This document shows, in pieces, positions 56,976 through 64,000 of a stretch of 64,000 nt of DNA. The notes beneath the pieces were generated by a model. That model made no database searches. It worked only from the letters and a program-made list of their open reading frames with translations, and was not told the origin of the DNA. The number at the start of each line of letters is the position of its first letter. Positions within the stretch are counted from its first letter, which is position 1. The translations under genes and the position numbers were made by a program. The stretch comes from Alphaproteobacteria bacterium (lineage in GTDB: Bacteria; Pseudomonadota; Alphaproteobacteria; CAAHEQ01; UBA3637): positions 1,890 to 65,889 of the forward strand of contig JAFTEW010000058.1 of NCBI GenBank assembly GCA_017453485.1. The letters run 5' to 3'.

Positions 56976-58091
56976 TTAAAATAAATCCCTGATTTCGTTT
57001 AACTCCGTTTCTGTCCCTTTGGATTGTGCAACCGGCAATGCCGATCCGAATGCCGGTAATTCTTCGGGACCGCCCAAATCGGTCCGACAGACAACAACAT
57101 CCATTTTCTTCCACGTTTCCATCATATCGGCCGCATTGATAATCGTGCCTTCTTTTTCAATCAAGATAGGAACAACGGTCTGCGGGAACCCTTTATCGGT
57201 CACCTTTTTAGCAAAAGTTTTTGCCTCTGTCAAGAGCGTATAAACCGGCGATGTCCGATGGGATGTTTCCGAAAACCAAAGCGGTTCCTCATCGTTAAAG
57301 AAAGCCTCATCCGCCAACCAATCTCCTTTTTCCCCATCCGTCAGACATAGGACAATTTTATCCGTTGAAATACCGACATAGGACAAATTTGCTTTTCCGA
57401 TACTTACATCTTTGACAACCTGATAGTTTGCTGCCGATAAGATAGCGACCAAATCTTCCTCTAACCGGATTCGTTCCGGCATTTGAATATCCTCCAAAGG
57501 CATATTACTGATTTCTTCACTCAGGAACGCCGGCGGCTCGGTCATATCTGCATTAGCCGGAGCCATCTGCGCCGACATATTATAGTTATTTGCCGGTTCA
57601 TTTTGCGGTGAAACTTCCATCCTGGTCGGACCGACAGCGCTTTTTTCGGCATCCATTGTTCGACCCGTCTGTTTAATAGCCGGTCGTCCGGCAGAGACCA
57701 ACGGTTTAGGCCGCACTTTTTTATGAGAAGCCTTTGATTTGATTTTGATTTTTTTCCGAATAACTTTCTTTTGATCGGGTTTAAAGAAAAAGGATTTGAT
57801 TTTTTGATAGATCAGTTTAATTGATTTGCGCCAGGAAATTTTAACCGACACCCACCACAAAATGCCGAATATGGGAATCATCAGTAAAACGCTGATCAAC
57901 CAAAACCAAGAATAGGAATTTGAAATAACCCATCCGGATTGAAATTCTGACCAGACATGTTGCCAATGTCTCACTGAAAACAGGCGGAATTCCCAATTTT
58001 TATAAAAATATTCACGCCGATACCAGCCGAAAAAAATAATTCCGACCACCAATCCGACCCTGACAGTTCGTCCCCAATTACGCATGATCAA
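56976..58091 (-). CDS. membrane-anchored protein with Lys-rich linker and C-terminal NERD-like domain (tentative)
   Basis: Two or three N-terminal TM helices and a KKIKIKSKASHKKVRPKP linker. The C-terminal ~170 aa (LSYVGISTDKIVLCLTDGEKGDW...SPVYTL...VVPILIEKEG) loosely resemble NERD / restriction-endonuclease-like architecture. The gene ends 17 nt before the virD4-like gene. Confidence 0.4.
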   Translation of the reverse strand: MIMRNWGRTVRVGLVVGIIFFGWYRREYFYKNWEFRLFSVRHWQHVWSEFQSGWVISNSYSWFWLISVLLMIPIFGILWWVSVKISWRKSIKLIYQKIKSFFFKPDQKKVIRKKIKIKSKASHKKVRPKPLVSAGRPAIKQTGRTMDAEKSAVGPTRMEVSPQNEPANNYNMSAQMAPANADMTEPPAFLSEEISNMPLEDIQMPERIRLEEDLVAILSAANYQVVKDVSIGKANLSYVGISTDKIVLCLTDGEKGDWLADEAFFNDEEPLWFSETSHRTSPVYTLLTEAKTFAKKVTDKGFPQTVVPILIEKEGTIINAADMMETWKKMDVVVCRTDLGGPEELPAFGSALPVAQSKGTETELNEIRDLF

Positions 58092-58167
58092 CCTTTCGTT
58101 TTCAATCGAATTGACCCCATTATAACCAAAAAAGAGTCAAAAAACCAGTAAAAAATTCTTTTTTATG

Positions 58168-58204
58168 AAATAAATCCGAAAGAGAACCTCTTTCGGATTT
58201 ATTT
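58168..58204. terminator. terminator hairpin downstream of the autotransporter gene
   Basis: AAATAAATCCGAAAGAG-aacc-TCTTTCGGATTTATTT inverted repeat. Confidence 0.6.
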
Positions 58205-58223
58205 TGACCCGATACCTATGCAA

Positions 58224-60026
58224 TTAGAAGTGATACTTCAAAGTCGCATAAACACCATTCGTGTATTGTTTTTTCCGGAAAGCACCTTCATAGGTTGCCG
58301 ACAATTCCATCGGTCCGTTTGTCAGTTTCAAACTGGCACCGGCTTCCGTTCCGAACCGTTTCATTTTTTCACCGCGATAGGTGTATAATTTCTGTCCGGC
58401 ATAGCTGACACCGGCTTGATCATCGCCTTGCTTGATATCATATGTCAAGGCTAAATGAGCCGACGGCACCAAGCGCCAACCATGATCTTCTTTAAAGACG
58501 TGTTGGACATGGACTCCGGCCAAACCGGTCACGATATCCGTATTTTTGGTATGAACATCAACACCATAGGCATTTTTATAGCTATCAGAATCGATCCGGA
58601 TATAACGGGCACCGACACCGGCATCAATCCAGCCCCATTCATAGCCGACCGTTCCCTGACCGCCATAAACATCTGCATCCCATTTAACACCGTTGTTGTC
58701 GTATTTCATTTTGCTGTAACTGGCCATAGCGGAGATAAAGAACTGACTCGGCTTCCAAGCCCCATAGACAAATCCCGTATAACCGTCCAAGTCTGTTTTG
58801 CCACCGATATCGGCATCAAAACGACCGGATGTTTGGCTGTATCCGATACCCAATAATGTATTTGATCCGACAAATGTATCAATACCCAGGGCAATACCGG
58901 CTTGATGCATAGCGAAACCTTGTTTATCCATATCATTGCGGGTATGTGTATATAAGCCTTCTACCCACGGTGTAATATGGTTGCGTTCCCGCATACCGGC
59001 CAAAATTTCTTCATCATGTGCCGGCACAATGTGGTTATAGATAGCCCGAATGGTTGACACGGTTGTTTCCACAGCCGCATATTGGGCAGCGGCCGTTGCC
59101 GGACGCAAGTGGTCCAAGGCCGAAGCCACATTGGCGGATTGTCCCATTTGGACCAAGGTTGTAATGTTATCAAAGAAAGCATTACCACTTGTTCCCATCA
59201 TGGTTTTCAACAACGCCGCCTGTTCCGAAGTATAACCTTGCTCGGAAATACCGTTTTCATCTTTTTGTGTAACGGTATAGGCACCGCTGTTTTCTTGAAT
59301 GTTATAAAGCGGATTGTCATTAACATGCAACGAATTCTGGTTGGCATCAATACTGACATCCAATCCGTTTTCGTCAACGACACCATTGTCAATCACAAAA
59401 TTGACATTACCGGTGACGGTATCGGCTTCCACCAAAGTTTTACCACGGGTGTTGGTTCCGATACGAATACCGGCATTGCTGTCAAAGTTAACCGTTCCCG
59501 TTCCGGCGGAAGAACTCCAATCTGTATTATCAAAATTTTCAATCCCGTTTTGGAAAGAAATCGTTCCCGTATTGGTAACCCCACCATTGATGGCTGAATC
59601 ACCGTTTTGGAAAGTCATTGTTCCGGAGTTTGTAATATTTCCGTTCATTCCGGTTGTTCCGTCAAAGGTCATTGTCCCAGCATTTTGGGTATTACCGTTG
59701 ACCGTGTTATCTTTATTCCGGAATGTTAAAGTCCCGGTATTTTCAATATCACCGTTTACATTGATATCATTGGATTCAAACACAACAACTTCCGGTGTTT
59801 CCACATAGACGGCCTGTGTATAATCATCCGTTCCTAAATTGATTTGTTCCCAATCTGTTTTCGTAAAAACCGCACTTCCGTCTGTTGGTGCCTGAACACC
59901 ATTTTCCTTATAGTCAATAATACCTGAACCATAAGCGGAAAAGTCCGTAATATTTGTTGTTGCATTGGCGGTAAGGGCACACATACACCCCAAAGCAACG
60001 ATCGCTGTCATCATTTTTGTTTTCAT
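58224..60026 (-). CDS. autotransporter (type Va) outer membrane protein with repeat-rich passenger
   Basis: Signal peptide (ALGCMCALTANA). The passenger carries iterated N.G..N.GT.TF repeats. The C-terminal ~280 aa form a beta-barrel domain ending ...TLKYHF. Confidence 0.8.
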   Translation of the reverse strand: MKTKMMTAIVALGCMCALTANATTNITDFSAYGSGIIDYKENGVQAPTDGSAVFTKTDWEQINLGTDDYTQAVYVETPEVVVFESNDINVNGDIENTGTLTFRNKDNTVNGNTQNAGTMTFDGTTGMNGNITNSGTMTFQNGDSAINGGVTNTGTISFQNGIENFDNTDWSSSAGTGTVNFDSNAGIRIGTNTRGKTLVEADTVTGNVNFVIDNGVVDENGLDVSIDANQNSLHVNDNPLYNIQENSGAYTVTQKDENGISEQGYTSEQAALLKTMMGTSGNAFFDNITTLVQMGQSANVASALDHLRPATAAAQYAAVETTVSTIRAIYNHIVPAHDEEILAGMRERNHITPWVEGLYTHTRNDMDKQGFAMHQAGIALGIDTFVGSNTLLGIGYSQTSGRFDADIGGKTDLDGYTGFVYGAWKPSQFFISAMASYSKMKYDNNGVKWDADVYGGQGTVGYEWGWIDAGVGARYIRIDSDSYKNAYGVDVHTKNTDIVTGLAGVHVQHVFKEDHGWRLVPSAHLALTYDIKQGDDQAGVSYAGQKLYTYRGEKMKRFGTEAGASLKLTNGPMELSATYEGAFRKKQYTNGVYATLKYHF

Positions 60027-60044
60027 TTTTCAATCCTTTATTGA

Positions 60045-61109
60045 TTAGTTATTAATACGTTCAAATTGATTTTGTAATGTCATTTTATAAATGGCTGTTT
60101 TACCATTTTCCTGACTTGAAATCAATTTAGCCGCTCCATCAACATACCGAACGGGAACACCACCCAAAGATGTTGCGTAAGACGTTCCGTTTGTATTTCC
60201 GACATAAAGCGTCGTTCCGTCAGAAACCATTCCCGTCATTTGAGCTCCGTTCAGGTTAAATACAGACGGTGTTCCGTCACAATATAATTCCGTTCCGGTT
60301 GTCCAAAATAATTTTCCACCGGCAACTGCCATCTCTTTTACTGTGCCACTGACAACTTCCGTTCTGGTTGCATCCGATGTATTTTTGGCATCATAGGAAA
60401 TAATACCGTTACCATCAGAGAAATAAACTTTATCATCGGATTGCGTAGCCATTGTCGGAAAATACGGAGCATGTTCCCGACCGTTTTGTTTTGTTACATC
60501 AAACCGATCCCCACTTTTTACTGCGCGAGTCACGGAACCGATAGCTGTATTTCCCGTATTGATACCCAGAATAATGATGTTGTTTTCATCATACATATAG
60601 GCAACCGGGCTTTTTAATTTAGCCGGACTTGTCGCATGTTCTTGGGCATACACTTTATTTGTTGTTGTCGTAAAACCACCCAAAGCGTTGCCATTCGGTG
60701 TGTTTATAAACACATTACCGTCTTCATCAGCTGTCGCGACGACACCGGTCTGTTCATTAACCAAGGAGCCGGCATTGGCACCCAAGACACCCTTACCACT
60801 GGCAAATCCTTGCTTGCCGTCCAAAGAAACCCGCACAAACGGCGCGGAGTTGGTGACTACCTCCATTCCTCCGGCCGGATGCGGATAGGTTACACCATCA
60901 ATCACTACTGTCCTGGCTTTTGGAACCGTATATTTCGCTTGACTGCGGTATGTCATAACAAATCCGTTAGACACTCCCAACACCTTATCAATCGGTGCAT
61001 TATCAAAGCAACCGGACTTTACGTCGATTTCGCCCTCATAGGCTCTTGCCCCGAAAACAGAACTTAAAGCCAACAACCCCGCCATCAGCGGACTTTTTTT
61101 GATATTCAT
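60045..61109 (-). CDS. secreted hypothetical protein (Gly/Thr/Asn-rich, beta-rich, possibly propeller-like)
   Basis: Signal peptide (LLALSSVFGARA). The gene ends 18 nt upstream of the autotransporter gene. I recognised no family. Confidence 0.5.
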   Translation of the reverse strand: MNIKKSPLMAGLLALSSVFGARAYEGEIDVKSGCFDNAPIDKVLGVSNGFVMTYRSQAKYTVPKARTVVIDGVTYPHPAGGMEVVTNSAPFVRVSLDGKQGFASGKGVLGANAGSLVNEQTGVVATADEDGNVFINTPNGNALGGFTTTTNKVYAQEHATSPAKLKSPVAYMYDENNIIILGINTGNTAIGSVTRAVKSGDRFDVTKQNGREHAPYFPTMATQSDDKVYFSDGNGIISYDAKNTSDATRTEVVSGTVKEMAVAGGKLFWTTGTELYCDGTPSVFNLNGAQMTGMVSDGTTLYVGNTNGTSYATSLGGVPVRYVDGAAKLISSQENGKTAIYKMTLQNQFERINN

Positions 61110-61287
61110 ATTTTTTACTCCTTTGTTAAAATAATATCGTGATTGGCATTCTACACCATTTCTAAAAATTTGTCAAGTATTTTTTAATTCTGCCTTTCGT
61201 ATATGATTCACATTATTTATATTTTTCAATTAATTAAGGTCTATCTTTAAACTGAAGTATTACTTGAATTTTGCCGATTTTGTTATC

Positions 61288-61316
61288 TTGACATATGCCA
61301 TATTATCATATATACT
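61288..61316 (+). promoter_or_regulatory. sigma-70-type promoter
   Basis: TTGACA, a 17-nt spacer, then TATACT. Confidence 0.55.
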
Positions 61317-61349
61317 GCGTCCACTTTTAATTTTAAGAAAGGAAAAAAA

Positions 61350-62246
61350 ATGTCGTTTACAAAATTTTTATTGGCCGGGGCTTTATTGTTTGCCGTTCCG
61401 GCTTTTGCGGCCGAAACAGCCGATAAAGCAGCAGATGGAGCCAAAACATCGGCGGCAGCCAAAGGTGGCACCTTAAAGGCTAACCTGCGTCGCTTGGGCC
61501 TGGAAATGTCGTCAACCGAGGTTAAAAACGCAAAATCATACAAAGATTCGCCTGTTTCTCAATTCAATGCAGACAGTCAAACGGTTATTAAAGGCATTTT
61601 TGACGGGGCTTTGGAATATGATCGGTCAAACTTGAACTGGACAAACAGCCTGTTTATGGAATACGGTAAAACAAAATTAAAACCGGCAGACGGTAAAAAT
61701 ACAACCAGCGAAAATGCCGACCAAATTTTATTGACCAGTGAATATACTCATAAACTGTGGTCTTCCCACGGGCTTGATTTCGGTCCATTCGTCAGCGCCG
61801 GCTATCAAACCGAATTTACGGATAACCAGGATGCTCCCCGCACAAAAATTCTTCGGGGCAAAGCCGGTGTTAAGTTATTCAACGGCTCTATTTTAAAGGA
61901 TTTATATGTTGCCGGTGTTTACGAATATGATATGACCTACTCTGACCACGTCAGTAAGTCTGCCGGCGAAGTCGGTTGGCGGTTAGAATACACGCTGCGG
62001 GAAGGTGTTGCCTTTTCAACAGATGGTTATTTCCGGGATTATTTTTCATACAGTTCCTATATCCCGGAAGATTTAAAGTATGACTTGAAAGCAACGGCCC
62101 GAATGGATGTCAATCTAACAAATAACTTGACATTTGGTCCGTATGTGTCGTATCGTCAGGGTAAATCTCGGGTCGCAAAAGATACCGCCAGCAATACAAT
62201 GATTGGTGTTTCTTTGACCTATAAAGATTTGTATAACATTTTTTAA
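61350..62246 (+). CDS. putative outer-membrane beta-barrel protein
   Basis: Signal peptide (LLFAVPAFA|AE), alternating amphipathic beta-strand pattern and a C-terminal aromatic residue (...DLYNIF). Confidence 0.6.
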   Translation: MSFTKFLLAGALLFAVPAFAAETADKAADGAKTSAAAKGGTLKANLRRLGLEMSSTEVKNAKSYKDSPVSQFNADSQTVIKGIFDGALEYDRSNLNWTNSLFMEYGKTKLKPADGKNTTSENADQILLTSEYTHKLWSSHGLDFGPFVSAGYQTEFTDNQDAPRTKILRGKAGVKLFNGSILKDLYVAGVYEYDMTYSDHVSKSAGEVGWRLEYTLREGVAFSTDGYFRDYFSYSSYIPEDLKYDLKATARMDVNLTNNLTFGPYVSYRQGKSRVAKDTASNTMIGVSLTYKDLYNIF

Positions 62247-62262
62247 TAAGAAAGGATAGAAT

Positions 62263-62760
62263 ATGATTAAAAACATTTTGATTGAATTTAAAAAGTTCGC
62301 TATGCGCGGTAATGTGATGGATATGGCTGTCGGTATTATTATCGGGGCCGCTTTCGGCAAAATCGTCGATAGTTTGGTGAAAGACATCATTATGCCGCCG
62401 CTCGGTTATCTGATGGGACAGGTTGATTTTGCCAATAAATACATTACCTTAATTGACGGCAAAACCGTGGCCGGCCCGTATGCCAGCCTGGACGCCGCAC
62501 AAAAAGCCGGTGCCGTCACCATCAATTACGGTTTGTTCTTAAACACAATTATCAGTTTCCTGATCGTCGCTTTTGCCGTATTTATGCTGATTAAAGCCAT
62601 GAATACTTTACAGGCCAAGTTGGAAGCCAAGGAAAAGAAAGAAGAAAAAGCCGCGGCTCCGACAACGAAAAAGTGTCCGTATTGCTGTTCTGATATTCCT
62701 TTGGCAGCAACAAGATGTCCGCATTGCACATCAGAATTGGATGCTAAAAAGAAAAAGTAA
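62263..62760 (+). CDS. mscL: large-conductance mechanosensitive channel MscL with C-terminal CxxC...CxxC zinc-ribbon tail
   Basis: [36 protein letters not shown] is a canonical MscL N-terminus. The tail reads [24 protein letters not shown]. Confidence 0.9.
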   Translation: MIKNILIEFKKFAMRGNVMDMAVGIIIGAAFGKIVDSLVKDIIMPPLGYLMGQVDFANKYITLIDGKTVAGPYASLDAAQKAGAVTINYGLFLNTIISFLIVAFAVFMLIKAMNTLQAKLEAKEKKEEKAAAPTTKKCPYCCSDIPLAATRCPHCTSELDAKKKK

Positions 62761-62773
62761 TTTCTTGGAATTA

Positions 62774-62805
62774 AAATCCCCTGCTTCATGCGGGGGATTT
62801 TTTTC
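62774..62805 (+). terminator. rho-independent terminator after mscL
   Basis: AAATCCCC-tgcttcatgc-GGGGGATTT followed by a T-run. Confidence 0.7.
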
Positions 62806-62840
62806 TTTCTTTTTTCCGTTGATTATGCTATTTTAATACC

Positions 62841-64000
62841 ATGGAAAACAATGATCAACCGATTCTATCTGTCACGGAAATATCCCTTTCTTTAAAAGGG
62901 GTCGTTGAACAAGTGTTTCAATCCATCCGTGTTCGCGGAGAAGTTTCCGGTATTAAAACAGTTGCTTCCGGTCACACTTATTTTTCGTTAAAGGATAAAG
63001 ATTCTGTCTTGTCGGCAATCTGTTGGCGTGGCAGAAGCCATGAAACAATGGCCGCTTTGCAAGAGGGATTAGAAGTTATTTGTTCCGGAAAATTATCCAC
63101 TTATCCGGGGCGGTCCAATTATCAAATGATTGTGGAATCGGCCGAACCGGCCGGTGTAGGTGCTTTGTTAAAATTATTAAATGAACGACGTGAAAAATTA
63201 GCCAAAGAAGGGTTGTTTGATGAAGCACACAAGCAAAAAATACCATTCTTACCAGAGAATATCGGTGTTATTACCAGCCCAACCGGTGCTGTGATTCGGG
63301 ATATTATGCATCGTTTGTCCGATCGCTTTCCTAGACCCGTTTATTTGTGGCCTGTTGCTGTTCAAGGAGAAGGTGCTACTGAACAAATTGTTCAAGCTAT
63401 TCATGGATTTAATGCTATACCGGCGGAAGGATTACAAACATCAAGTGGTATTATTCCCAGACCGGATGTTTTAATCGTAGCCCGCGGCGGCGGCAGTTTA
63501 GAGGATCTTTGGTGTTTTAATGAAGAGTCCATTGTTCGGGCTGTATTTGATTCAGCCATCCCTGTTATTTCGGCTGTCGGTCATGAAACAGATACTACCT
63601 TAATTGATTATGTGGCTGATTTACGGGCCCCAACGCCGACCGGAGCCGCCGAAAAAGCCGTTCCCGTCCGTCATGACCTATTATTGCAAGTGCAAAATCA
63701 AACAGTGCGCTTAACCGAATCTTTATATAGATATATTGAAAATCAAAAATTGCGGTTGGATCGGTTAATTCTTCCCAATTTAACAGATGTCGTTTCAACT
63801 CTGGTGCAAACGCTGGATGACCGCTCTGAACGATTGGAAAATGCAAAACAAGGGTATTTTCAAACGATCAAATTAAAATTTGAATCAATATCTAAGTTAT
63901 TGAAATCATATTCATATCAATCAATTTTAGAACGTGGATTTGCTCTTGTTTCAGGGGCTTCCGGAAAAATTATCGAGCAATCACAGGCTGCCAAGCGCGA
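62841..64000 (+). CDS. xseA: exodeoxyribonuclease VII large subunit (3'-truncated by window end)
   Basis: LSVTEISLSLKGVVEQVF..IRVRGEVSG.K....GH.YFSLKD OB-fold N-terminus, then GVITSPTGAVIRDI and ARGGGSLEDLW. The frame stays open to the window edge. Confidence 0.88.
   Translation, partial: MENNDQPILSVTEISLSLKGVVEQVFQSIRVRGEVSGIKTVASGHTYFSLKDKDSVLSAICWRGRSHETMAALQEGLEVICSGKLSTYPGRSNYQMIVESAEPAGVGALLKLLNERREKLAKEGLFDEAHKQKIPFLPENIGVITSPTGAVIRDIMHRLSDRFPRPVYLWPVAVQGEGATEQIVQAIHGFNAIPAEGLQTSSGIIPRPDVLIVARGGGSLEDLWCFNEESIVRAVFDSAIPVISAVGHETDTTLIDYVADLRAPTPTGAAEKAVPVRHDLLLQVQNQTVRLTESLYRYIENQKLRLDRLILPNLTDVVSTLVQTLDDRSERLENAKQGYFQTIKLKFESISKLLKSYSYQSILERGFALVSGASGKIIEQSQAAKR

Noticed and set aside
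59082-59808. Long plus-strand ORFs (171 aa and 164 aa) antisense to the autotransporter gene.
   Set aside because: They lie entirely inside the well-supported minus-strand autotransporter passenger region. Their low-complexity translations are a by-product of the repetitive Asn/Gly/Thr codons, and they have no RBS.

Overview
Densely coding 64-kb chromosomal window from a diderm, proteobacterium-like genome. An RpoH sigma-32 gene with a matching sigma-32 promoter, Lpt/Mla/MsbA/KdsD envelope genes and the radA-cvpA and tsaB-rimI gene orders are most consistent with a small-genome alphaproteobacterium. That lineage call is inference only. I call about 65 CDS and 2 tRNAs (Arg-ACG, Ala-CGC). I saw no rRNA, CRISPR array, transposase or integrase. 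Most of the window is housekeeping: trxB, greA, mlaEF, radA, cvpA, metG, rpoH, pckG, msbA, kdsD, lptB, pfk, amiC, rne, obg, rsfS, smpB, pepP, prmA, tsaC, tsaB, rimI, queH and xseA. Rubrerythrin, a 2x[4Fe-4S] ferredoxin and a flavin-reductase/rubredoxin fusion suggest an anaerobe or microaerophile lifestyle. The best candidate for a new system is a tight four-gene minus-strand operon at 53597-58091, next to tRNA-Ala. It encodes a membrane-anchored NERD-like protein, an orphan VirD4/TraG-type coupling ATPase, a small protein with a colicin-DNase-like HNH motif, and a SUKH (SMI1/KNR4)-like immunity protein. No VirB channel, relaxase or integrase gene is nearby. Other accessory features are: (1) a gtrA / GT-C / GT2 / STT3-like periplasmic glycosylation operon whose STT3-like member lacks a WWDYG motif; (2) a type IV pilin-leader protein with about 43 Cys in CxxC / CxxCPN repeats, preceded by a terminator/antiterminator leader; (3) a roughly 250-nt structured leader ending in an intrinsic terminator in front of an RgpF-glycosyltransferase/kinase-like fusion gene; (4) an apparent LptC-LptA fusion; (5) a Chlamydia-type aaxB-aaxC pair; (6) a DegP-like lipoprotein lacking the catalytic His; (7) a divergent PyrD-like protein. 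All family assignments come from reading the translated ORFs and recalling family motifs. No database search was run.
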